From: Balanoglossus misakiensis
Lineage: Eukaryota > Animalia > Hemichordata
DNA: 64,000 nucleotides
Direction: 5' to 3'
NCBI GenBank assembly: GCA_040954595.2
Contig: CM082592.2
Location: 10,982,017-11,046,016, forward strand
The notes beneath the pieces were generated by a model. The model was not told the DNA's origin and made no database searches. It worked only from the letters and a program-made list of their open reading frames with translations. Positions 25,501-37,336 of this stretch are shown one piece after another (positions within the stretch are counted from its first letter, which is position 1; each line of letters opens with the position of its first letter). Position numbers and translations under genes: made by a program.

Positions 25501-28500
25501 AATACACTTGCTTCAACACTGTGTGGCTCCATGACTGTGACATTCACTCTGGTGATGTCATTCCCTGTACACATTATTGGCCGAGTCTGACGAGTGGAAA
25601 CATCCCCATCAACAATGTCCGTCAACTTGAACTGCTTCTGCGGTGGACACGCGGTGATTTGATAGGCCAGGATGATTCCATTTCTGTCGGAGAGGTTCGG
25701 AGGAGTCCATTTGGCTGACAAACTCGAGGGAGACTCTGGGATGGCTTGTAATGTAAGGTTGACAGGCGGTCCAGAAGGAACTGTTAAAGTTTAGAAATCA
25801 AACGCAAGGAATCAAACATAAGCTGAGATCATTATCGTTGTGGCGTCCATATTTGGATTTTTTCTAAGTCCTCTACTCAAATTGTCACATTTCCCTTTGT
25901 TAACATTCTACAATACGTCATTTGCTTGTTTCCATGTCTTACCTCCTTCCATGGTATACTGAGCGATAGTTTGTGAGTAACCACCATAACCAAACGAATT
26001 TTGGGACTGGATTTTGAACTCGTACCGTACAAATGCTTTCAAATCTTGCACGTGGTAACTTTGAACATTGCCGTCGACAGTGACACGATGCCTTTAAAGA
26101 AGAAGAAAACGTAATGACTCATTGGCTTTTAGGCGAGCAGTTTGATATGTAGATGGCACAAAACAATGTTGCATATTTTCGTCTTAATTCGGTGATGATG
26201 ATACCTACCACTGTTTCTGTTCTGTCAGTATTCCATCATCGACTGTGTATGCTAACATATAGGCAACAATGTTTCCATTGGTACTTTCTGGTGGGTCCCA
26301 TGACACAGCTATGGTGTCCTCTGAAGTAGCATTGACTGATGTAATAACAGGAGCACTTGGCGCTGTGGGAAAGTAAAGATGAAGGCTGCAGTGAATGTAA
26401 TGTATTGCCAGAACACCCATAATCAGGTACACACACATATGCATACATACAATTCACAATCTGAAATACGCAATACTTACCACTTGCTTCATCTAATATG
26501 CGAAATGATGCTGGAGGCGAACTCCCTACACTGTTGAATGCGATTACTGTCACTTGATATGAACTGTATCGGTTAATATCTGAAATGAAAACGAATGATT
26601 GTAACTTTTGGTGAGATTTAAAACCAGTTGACCTTTTGAAAATTTTGTTTCTTTTTTTTTCTAATACAATATTTCAAATGAACAACACTTAAGAAACAAC
26701 AACGTGATAAAAACCTGGTATTGTAAACACCGTTATATTTCCATCTTCAATATTCCACTTCAGTGTGTTTGTTGGGTTTCTTTCCTCTTTCACTGTTATA
26801 TTGTACCCTATGATTACTCCGTTCCTCATTCTCCTTGGCGGCAACTGAAGACAAAATTTAAAGAGCGTTACCTCATCACTCGTGTTGATTTATGATTGCA
26901 ATTTCATTTAATTATGACCATAAATAACAATTTTAATCATTATAAGGTGAAGGAGATCTAGACACAACTTTTCAATCTCAATACATATAGACTGCAAACA
27001 TACTGTCCATTCCATGGTAACATCCCTGGTGTTGTCAACGTTGGTTCTGTCGTGTGACAAGTATAACTGGACTCCTCGACTAGGAGCTGAAGTGAAGAGA
27101 AATCAGTGAACATGGAGTCAGTTTACAAGCAAATGCCAATATCAAATACTTGATGAAGTTGACCAGGAGGTGCAACTACTGGAAGGTGCTAGGGTGCATG
27201 TCGAAGGCACGATCAATGTTTACCTGATTCAGAAGTTCTTCCTGACGCAGTGACGGACCATGGACTCCAATCAGCCTCAGATATACCAGTTAACTTACAA
27301 GATACACGGAAATAGTACAATGTGTTCGCCTCCAGTCCATTAACGGTCTTGTCGTTTTTGATAGATATCATTTCTGACTGTAAAGACAAGATTTCCAGAA
27401 GTCAATGAGTCCAATATCTGCGCCCCACACTTCGGTGAATATGCAAGTGTATGTGTGATTTACTGAATCATGATGGTATGTTAACATCCGGGTGTTTTAG
27501 TATAGCAAGCCTGGTGGTGACTACGTCACGTTAAAAGCTCGAAAACTCCTGTTCGCGATGGTAGATCACTGGGGTTTTGTGACAACCAAGTGGTACATGG
27601 TATTACCTGTGTCCATCGGCCCTCTTCCCATTCTGAGTAATACTTTAGCCTGAAGTCTAGAAAATAGGAATCCTGTTTCCAATCAGATGGTGGATCCCAT
27701 TTGATATCAAGAGAGTACTGGTCTCGGTTTATCACTTGAAGGTTTTCGGGTGGGTGAGGAACAGCTGCATACAAAATTTAGAAGTCAAATGTTAAACACT
27801 GTTTTGTGGGGAGAAAACGAATATTCAAAACCCTGCAGAAATATGAAAGTTCAAAGAAGTACTCCTTGTGTTGGAGGTTGAAGACTTACTGTCTGTGTTG
27901 GGAGTGAACCAGATTTCATCACTGGTTTTGTCCAGTGCGTTGATAGCCGTCACTTTCATGCGATACTTGAAATCTAGGTTGACATCTTCGCCGAAATAAC
28001 ACGATGTTTCTTCTTTAGCCACCGAGTTGTTCGGACAAGGGCTCCATTGATTTAGACTTCCACTGTGTGGATTGACAGAAAAACGAAACACAAGAGACTT
28101 TAGTCAGTCACCAAACAGGTTCTACACATTTCGTTCTGAACTTTGTAATAAAATAAACATGAGATGATATTCGTCTAAAAATAGAAGACGTGTCAGACGT
28201 TAACTTACTATGGTCTATATGAAAATTCATATTCGGTGGGTAGGTGACTATCCAATGGATCCCACGTACACCACGTGACAACGATATTGTGAGAAACACA
28301 GGTGAAGTTGTCCACACCGGGCTCAGCTGAAAAGAAGTAAATTGTGATCACAAAGTTTCTCAGACTTGTAGATCTTTGAATTGTTTCACTTGCACATGAA
28401 AACTAAATCAAGGTCTGAACCTATAGCGTCAGTCTATTCTGTGAGTGACAGGCAAAGCCTTGTTCGAATTTCTTTCATATGTTTGAGAGAAAACCCAAGA

Positions 28501-29088
28501 AACATACTTCCTACGGTAACCACTGTGGTTGCCATGTCAACATGTCCGGGTATAGATCCCTCTACAGCGCATGTGTAGTTTCCGGTTTCATCAAGAGTGA
28601 TATCCGTCAGAGTAAGCTCCGATGTGGTCTCGTTGAGGGCAGCATAAGTGTGCTGATTCAGCCGGTTGTCATTGAAATACCAAATCAGATCTTGTGAAGA
28701 GTAGCGGTCAAATGTGTCGATCTCGGACATGCTACATGGTATCGAAATAGTGCTTCCATATTTAGCCACGATGGTTGGTGGCACTAGAAGAGACAGATAT
28801 GAGTTTAATAATTATGATGTTGTTGTTTTTGTTGTGGCAGCTGAAAATTATTTGCCCACACACTGGCGAAGACGACATACTTATTTTACAAAGATTACAA
28901 TACATTAGTTACCTTCTCCTTTCGTATTGTCCACATACTGCAAAATTAACCCCAGCTTGCAATACCATCAATAGTAAAGCAGTTGTGAATCTCCATGGTA
29001 ACATATCCTACTCACCGTGAAGTTTTAACCCGACTGTAACTCCTGCTAAGAAAAGGATCAATGTCGACGACAAAGGCCACTTCGCCAT
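22516..29088 (-). CDS. Class I cytokine receptor A (gp130/Domeless-like): signal peptide, Ig, cytokine-binding module with WSPWS, five FN3, TM, ~450-aa cytoplasmic tail; about 17 exons
   Basis: ATG at 29088 (MAKWPLSSTLILFLAGVTVG). Ig exon ~28510-28784. NFTCVSHNIVVTWCTWDP..HLPTEY (28211-28327). C..C..MKVTAINAL exon (~27889-28062). PHPPENL..WDPPSDW exon (~27607-27764). LEANTLYYFRVSC..DWSPWS exon (WSPWS at 27255-27269). FN3 exons down to 24244. TM exon 23961-24100. Last exon 22516-23811. Confidence 0.92.
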
Positions 29089-29127
29089 TTTGTTGACAAT
29101 TGCACGAGCATCAGGAAAGTCTGTTCA

Positions 29128-30021
29128 TTCCACGAATTACATCACGTGGGTCAGAGATGATTAATCCCAACAAGATAGATCTGGAAGTGTAAATGTGTAT
29201 AATATAATTAAAACGTTCTCATGTTAATATCACAAATACCATTTTTGGGGAAAGAAACATTGACGCTGCTATTAATGAAGATGTCACATTTCAACATAAG
29301 TCAGGATGTTGCCAATTTTTGGCGATTATTCATTATGCAACAAGCAACGTTATTGATTCATAATCTGCTTTGCAGTATACGAGAGGAAGTCAAACCGTTT
29401 TCGAAGTAAAGTCCCACCCACGCCAACAATCATTAATAACAGCCCAGTATACTGGGTATGAACAGGCAAATATCCACCTTGCAATACGAGACATTTGAAA
29501 TCCTCCCCCCCCCCCCTCCGCCTCGGGTTGGGATATAGCTGAGCTCAGTTCAAAGAAGAAAAGATCATCCGCTTTAGGCCTAAACCATCTTGTGGATTAA
29601 CAACAACGACGCCCCTAGCGGGTAAATTTTAAAGCAACAAATCCTACTATATAACAATTCCACGAATATCATTGGGCCCTAAAGCAAGGCTCGTATGTTC
29701 CACTTTTTCTTAGAACGCAGATAGTCTGGAGACGTCGACATTGATTGTGTAAATTGGAACAAAATAACCTCGGGAAGAATTTTCTCTCACGTAGACTGTT
29801 CTGTGACTGGAGGCCATACTACTAGTCTTTAGGCTAAGCCAACGAAGTCACAGTAGAGATATTCAAGCCAGGAAAATGTTGAAAACTGGGAGTCGAACGA
29901 ATCATGTTACAAGAAAATGCAAGAGAGCTTCACAAATACCCACGTCATTCAAAGACTGATTGTGATCACGTGATGCTGAATTCCAAGAAATCTCACTCAA
30001 CGAATTGACTGATTCTACGAA
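29128..30021. promoter_or_regulatory. Cluster of five STAT (GAS, TTCN3GAA) sites upstream of receptor A
   Basis: TTCCACGAA 29128, TTCCACGAA 29658, TTCTTAGAA 29707, TTCCAAGAA 29981, TTCTACGAA 30013; another TTCCGAGAA at 30742. Confidence 0.65.
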
Positions 30022-30949
30022 ATGCTGCCGATATAGGCTAATGATGCACGACAGTTGACATTTTCACCACTATACGTCGTTTTTCAAGCTCAAAGGTCAC
30101 TGGTTCAAGTGAAACTCCGGTGAAACTTGCAGAAAAATAATGTCGCGCGTCGTTTGCATTCGATAGATGTAATTTATTTGGTCATATGCATTGAAATTTA
30201 CCGGTTTCATGGTCCTGGCTGCCAATTTCGCGTCGAACGACCTTTCTTTCACTATAGTATACTATCGTTGTACTATACATAACTCGCGTCCTTTTATTCA
30301 TGTTCGACCTACTTCCGCGTTTTCGTCGCCCTGTTCAAGGACCCTATATGTTGCCGATGTCTGCCGAATTGACCCAACTTTGGGTATTTGTGGCTTAGGT
30401 TTCCAAATCTATAAGAAATCTGCAAGAACAAACTGACATCGGGGCAGACGTCAACCGTGTATACATCTGAGAGCGCATGCGTACGGTGTAAACAGCGAGC
30501 TGGCTGGCGTCAGTTTATTAGTATTACGCGGAAGGACGACAAATATAACATTAGTGTATAAAATGCGCTTTAAAGCTATCACTGAGTAAACTAACACATA
30601 CAACGTTATTATAGGAAATCGATAACCTACCATCTTGACGAAAATGTCAGTGTAGTGGCAAGGGACTGTAGGATCACTACTGAACGTTGATTCACCTTCG
30701 ATCAACTTGTGTACACTAAAGTTTGAAGAAACAGTCTGCTTTTCCGAGAATTGGCGAAGTGATACTCCCACCACTGACTCATTCCAACACCCCTAGCTCA
30801 TTTTTTATTCTTCGTGGGGATAAAGACACAGTCTCTTGTTATCTGGATAAACTGAACTATCTCTAAACATGGAGTATGTTGAGGGAATATGTTTCTCTGA
30901 TTGTACGGTACATGGTATCAGATGAGATGAGGGGTTGGAGTTCAACTTG

Positions 30950-31330
30950 CCCTCAAGGTACCTGTTGTCAAGGGTTTCCGTACGTTATTAAAATTCAAAT
31001 TCGAATATATTTAAATCACTTGAGAGGCTTACATAAATTTAATCTAGCAAATTTTCATAAACTTAAAAATTGAGATTGGGCGACATTTAAGTCTCTCACG
31101 TGAGCAAAGAATCTGCATATATTGTAAAAAATACCAATACTAGTAGAAGTAATTAAAGATGAAGTCAATTTTGTGTTGATTTGTCCATTATATAATGAGC
31201 TAAAGATCAGAATTCATTTCCAGGTCGTCAATTAGATATTTTGTCATCTATTTAATAAAAGCCTCATATCAAAAAGTTTCATATGGCAGTAAAAATACAA
31301 TATAGTTTAGTACATACTTACTGTATTTGG
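30950..31330 (+). mobile_element. Decayed 3' fragment of a non-LTR retrotransposon (LINE ORF2 C-terminal zinc-finger region)
   Basis: Frameshifted translation HKLKIEIGRHLSLSREQRICIYC...VIKDEVNFVLICPLYNELK fits the typical LINE ORF2 end (H.L.IE.GR....R..RIC..C...EDE.HF...CP.Y..LR). Confidence 0.7.
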
Positions 31331-32625
31331 CTTAAAAGCACCTGTACATTCGCATTGTTCGGACTGGTCTAAGGTGTGGCGGAACCCCCGAGTGATTTAT
31401 GAGCAACTGGAGTTACAGCTATGTTGGTCATGTGACTTTCAGTTTAAATTCGTAGAATTCTCATTGTTTCGCTTTCGTTATCTTGAATGAAACGCAATAA
31501 AAGCGAAAATGGGTAAACAGACGGAACAGTTATGGTCGATCATAATGAGTGATTGTGGTCTGATTCGGTACAGGTGTTGCGTACCATGGTCAGCTCAAAA
31601 CTCCAAAGCATTAATTGAGTTTGCGACCTTTCTCCAAATGTGGGGTCAAAAGTCTGCATTTTTGGTCAAATACTGTTGTCAATCTGTACATTTAGACAGG
31701 TAACTCCCTGCACTCCATCCATAGGCCTTTGGAGACCAAGTTGATTGGTCGTGTCATTGGGCACTTTTTGCCACGGGCGACCTAACAGCAGTACTGGGGC
31801 CAACTCCCGACTATCAATGAGGTATTCGCACTCCCACAGAAAGCGTGCTGTTCCTGGTTGGCTAGGGAGTTTATCTTATTATTAATCAATCCTCATATGT
31901 ACAATGTACATGTACCAACCAACAACAGTGACCACTTCCTCATGGCATCACTCCATCGGTCCGGGGTCGCTTAACTTTTAAGCCTGCATTGCTCTTGATC
32001 CACCACGTCCGTTAAGTTTGCAGTAAACTGAGAAGTAAATTGCCAGTGACAGAGTACTTGAGCTGATTGTGTATTTTGTCATTTGAGCTGAGAGGTTAAA
32101 GTACAACTTGTAGTCCACAAGGTAAGATATACCTTTACCAGGAACTGTATAGTTTCGTATTATCGTATGTAGGCCAAAACACAGGGTGGCCATATTGGGC
32201 GGGGTGTCCGCGGTCAGTGGAATACAACATCTTGGGTGCTAATTTAATACACCTTGATAGAACGACATTCAAACCATATTAGCAGTAATGGTAAACCTCG
32301 TGTTTGGAGTCTAAAAAAGCAAACGACAATGCAGTCCATGAACATTATTCCGGACCGCTATCAAGCTTTTAAGAATGGCGTGTTTCGCAGATCGTCATCC
32401 TTTCAGTTTCGATCCGATTGCGGTCTTCCTTTGTCTGTCTATCTGTCTGTCTGTATCTCTGTCTGGCTGTCTTGTCTATCTCTCTGTCTCTCTATCTCTC
32501 CCTCTTCCTCCCCTTCCTCTCTGAATTAAAATGTTCTGAAGAGAAAGACCACATATTATATGTTTTCTCCTTCCGACAGAAATCTCCGTACGCTAACGAC
32601 AAAGAATCAAAGTACTTGTCCGATA

Positions 32626-33788
32626 ATGGATACTTACGAACCGCTTGACGGGAAGAATGGGAAGAACACTCCTCCATCGTGTGGAGAACGTCGTTTCACA
32701 TGGCTGGCTTATGGCTTCCTGATAATTGTGGCAGTAACCATTTCAACAGTGACTGTTTTCGTTACCTTTAGCTGCGTGGATGAATCTCTCAAGCCGACAT
32801 CGATGTGTAAATTCTCTTCAAGGCCGGCGCTCCAACACTTCGCCGAGGTAGTAGAAATTATAAACCCACTTCTTTCCGTCATTCTAGTGACGTACGCATT
32901 GCTGCTTTACCACAGATGTTCGTGTGGATGCTTCCTTCAAATTTGTGGATCTTGCTGCAAAGGACGAAGTGGATGTTACTTACTTTCCAAACTGGGAGCC
33001 TTTTTGAGACTCATCGCCTGTTCGTATTCCTGGGCTCGATCGAGGACAGTATTGATGTTCACCGTTTGCCTGTACAACTTGGTTGTATGTATCGCCAGCA
33101 TGGTCGACTCCCCAACGGCAGTAACACCTTTTCGGTATGCCATTTTGCCTCTGGGGTTGACATCGTGGTATGTTCTCTTGGTCATTTCCAACGAAAAGGG
33201 TCCATTGTCAGCCACCTACGACAACTTCAAGGTCGATCTGTACATCCCAGTGTTGATTTTCTTTGTCGCCTGTCTCACGAACTTCGCCGAGTTCATCATC
33301 GGCACTGTGTACTTAAGTATGAAACTCTATTCCGTGATCTCAAAGACGGGGCATTCCAATGTGCTTCACGCCATGGATATTCTGGGTATGACGGCAAAAG
33401 TTATCCTAAGGTAAGATCAGTTTAGTACCTTCAAGACTTTTGGTAATACAGTCAAACCTGACTATAGTGGCCAGTCAAGGGACTTTCCTAAGCAGGCCTT
33501 TATAGACGATGGCCTTTATTTGTTTCTGCACCGGGACCGTGACAAAAGTGGCCAATATATAGAGAGGTTGCCGGCCACGAATCTTGGTTTGACTGTAGTA
33601 GTAACTGATCGTGTTTCCATTACAGACTCGATTTTACCCAATACTTCTGGCAGATGACCCAGTTCAGTACTTTAGATAAGAAATTATACCCGTATGGAGG
33701 AAAAAGGAAATTACTGAAGGATCTCTGGGAGGATTGGAGGGTCACAGAGGTCACGGTCAAAGCCGCTGAGGTTGAAACTGTTGCTTAG
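32626..33788 (+). CDS. Uncharacterised multipass (~6 TM) membrane protein, family copy 1; exons 32626-33410 and 33626-33788 (alternative ATG at 32560)
   Basis: Family motifs RYAILPLGLTSWYVLLVISNEKGPL, ACLTNFAEF, DILGMTAKVILR|LDFTQYFW, YGGKRKLLKDLWEDW; phase-2 GT-AG intron at the conserved Arg. Confidence 0.88.
33449..33595. mobile_element. Tc1/mariner-pogo-type MITE within the intron of family copy 1
   Basis: Terminal inverted repeats CAGTCAAACC ... GGTTTGACTG flanked by TA on both sides (33447-48, 33596-97). Confidence 0.75.
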
Positions 33789-34785
33789 CCACAACCGACC
33801 GGCGAAGCAAGTCCACAGACCCTCAAAATGACTGCAGCTGGTGGTGGTGGTGATGGTTCCAGTTTTTATGTGTAGGAAGTAGGTTCTTGTAGACAGAAGT
33901 CGAGAGACAAATATCTTCTGTATACTAATAGCGGATTCTTTATCATCGGGAACAAATTTTCCCCACATTTTTATTCAAGGCAACTTCGTTTATTCTTTTT
34001 TATATTTATATATTAATACTATATCAATAAAGATCAGTGGTTGTGTGCTTACATCTACATGAATATTCAAACAGATGTTTGTTTGTTTTTTGTCTATCAT
34101 TTCTATTTTACATGCTGACTTCTGGTCTCCCAGAAGCCTCAAAAAATTCGTAATCCTTAAATGTAATGACACCAGTGTCACTTGACGCATTAGTTACAAA
34201 AAGTACACTGGGACCTTACGGGATCGGAGCGTCTGTACCACAGCAGTGGACGGTACTGATGCATATATCGGTGAACCTAAAACATTTACTACGGTTTCAG
34301 TTTTGGCACGAACCCTAAGCTTTTATCTCAATTTTCGAGGACATATTGAACAGTTTGACTCTATAACCAGGTGATATAGTCGTATTCCTTTCAAATGTTA
34401 TTGATAAATTTTGACGAACAATATTAAACTAAATCACAGACGATCTAACGTCATTGGCTGTTGTTATATTTGCCTTTATGCAAATTAACAGATATTAGGT
34501 CAACATGCCATCCTTCCTGGCAAGTCGACGGAGCTTAGATGTTTCGCTATTTGGTTTTTAGTAATCACTTTGCAACAGGGAAAACAATGTAGTAGTAGTG
34601 CAGTCGCTGTCGATTTTGAATCCATGTTGGTAATCTCTATGTAATCAGCTGACCCCCCCTTCCCCCCCCCCCCGAAATATGGTCCGGCGCGCCCCTATCA
34701 CCGTCATTGTCAAAATGGGAAAATACGCGAGCTATAAATAGACATAGCAACCATACCAACTATTTACACGTAGTTAGGGAGCATC

Positions 34786-34846
34786 GGAATTCCCTATATG
34801 GGATTTCACTTTCACTTTTCTGGGAAAACGGTGATGATTCTCCGAA
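34786..34846. promoter_or_regulatory. Composite NF-kB / ISRE / GAS element about 2.5 kb upstream of receptor B
   Basis: GGAATTCCC ~34787, GGGATTTCAC 34800, TTTCACTTTC 34804, TTCTGGGAA 34818, TTCTCCGAA 34838, all within 60 bp. NF-kB GGAATTTCCC also at 36783. Confidence 0.5.
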
Positions 34847-37336
34847 CTTTACGTGACAGAACTATTGGCATGCCTATTTTGACTGCGCTCCAGAAACCAG
34901 AAGCCCACTAAATGGTGAGTTTTGAAAAACATTACTTTCATTTTCATACTGCAGAGCTGAGGCGTGAATGTCTGACGAAACGTTCGTAAACACCAACGGT
35001 ACATTGCAAGCTTGGCGCTAGTCATTCTACCACAGAAATCGCTATGTACGATGACGTGGCGCCGTACGTAGTCAGTCATTGATAAATTGACAACTGTGGG
35101 TGTTGGAACTATAATAATTGAACAAATGTTCGCCCAGATCGCTGAATAAGCGTGCATAGACATAAAGTGAGACTGTGTATAGCATACCAATAAATGTGGC
35201 ACAGGGTTGGGCGGGTGTACTTCACATTGAAAGGTCATAGGAGGACAAATTGATTCGCGGGCTTTTCATGGGGCGTATTGAAGGCTATGATGTATGCTAT
35301 GCTACATTGTGCTGGTATACAATGTACAAGTATGTGACATCATCACGCCTCAGGTTGCCTATGAGTATGACACTCCCTTCACAGTGTTGTATTTGGGGAG
35401 TACACCCCCCCCCCCACCCACTCAAGAGTGAGTAATGAAGGGAGGGATACAGATCTGCAACATCATCTGATGGTGCGGCGGGGATCCCATTCTCCTCCAA
35501 CGCCAACAGTTAGGGATTTGGGTGGGGCAATGGATCCACAGAAACCTCCCTTCTGGAAATTGGCAAGTTCAAGTGCACTTCTAGCCCCTCATATTGCCCC
35601 TGGGTTAATACATAGATGTTTGGGGGTGTCCCCTGCACATGGTTACTATATCATTAGAAATGCAATGAATATTGTATGGTTCAATATATCACTATAGACG
35701 AGACAGGCTTTTATACTAAGTGAGCCACTGTCATTCATACTCCAGTATTGTAAACAAACATACCGCCAGTATGATCAAACAAGTGCCACGTATACGGTAA
35801 TATTAAATTTGCATTTCAACTGGTGGTCGGTGGAGTGATGAAATACATAGTCTCCTGCATCTCTGATCCCAGCTCAAGTACTCATACATGTAAAAGCTGA
35901 TTATATTAATGGATAGTTTGTCAAATTGCCAGAAAAACCCTGAGTCACCCAAAATGGCTGGTTTTATAGTCATAACAGCTTTTATAAGATTATAGATTGC
36001 TTTGCAGTTGCCATAGAGACAAGTATCGGTACATGTACATCCATCATGTGGCACCATATATGTAAACACTTTATGGTCACATGATCAGTGGTTTTGCCCA
36101 GTTTATTCTTTTATGACTTTGTAGTGAAAGGTGTGCCTTTTTTATTTTCAGAGATCCGTTCTCAAACGTTGAATTTAGAAGACTTGAACTCTCCTTGGTT
36201 GACATGTACAATGGAGCTGTTCCTCAGAAAAGGAGAAGCTTTTAAAATGGAATCGCGCTGATCTTGGGTAAGTCGTATAATTATGCCTTATAACTAGCCG
36301 GATGAAGGCTGTGTTCCGTCTGTTTTCGGTCAATGGATACATTGTCACCAGGTTATGCAGAGTTCACATAAATGGCAGATGTCAGTCTCGTTTGTATGAT
36401 CACCCTCATGGCCCCTTCTTTTACTCCCTCATCCTCATGTATAGCAAAGGCAGTAGCAATGGGTTAATTTCAAAAACGCATATACATGTATATAAATGAC
36501 AAGACTGTCGGAATTAAACTGTAATTTTGGAACCAAATGAGTATGCTTTGTATTCGTTTTGCCTAATGTTGCCAAAATAAATGAAAGGGTTCTCATACAA
36601 TTCAGCAAATATCCAATAAATCATAAATTTAAGAATAGAAGGCGGCAGACAAACATGTAGGCTGGAAAACACCCTTGAAGTGAAAAAGTGGAAATCACCA
36701 GCATGATTGAATTTCACTGATCACAGTTGATACACAAGCGTCTGTTCAGTGACCTCTGACCCAGTTGACTAATGCAGAGCGTGGAATTTCCCGTTGAAAG
36801 GATATATCTGTACATGACACATTTGTGGTTTCACAATATTTATATCTTCATTTCCAGTGTTTGGGTGTTCACTGTTGTAATTCTAGGTCATAAATAAACG
36901 ACAGGAAAGGAAAATTCAACCACAACTTTGTCTCTCAGAGTCTTGTCGACTGCCAGGTCACATCATCAGATCTCACTGAAAGGATTGTTTTGTCCTAGTT
37001 TGAAAGGCATGATTGCGTTCTTTGTCGGCTAGCAGCCAGTTTTGTGTATGAATTGTTTTGCAGAGGATGTCCATTTGTCACTGGCAGGACTGGCAGGCAA
37101 AGATAAAAATAGAGTTCTGATCTCACGACTGTGACGTACATCTGCTGCTGCTTGGACGAGCGTTTGTGGGACAAACAAAGTGATCAAACCATCAAACCAT
37201 ATCCCACACCAGTCGCGGAGCTGAGGCCTTACAAATCAGCCGCACCTTTTGACAACTAAATCCAGAACCAGCTTTGTGTCACAGAAGCTTTGATTCTCGT
37301 CCATCCATCGGCCAGCTGGGGCCAATGTGCAGGACA

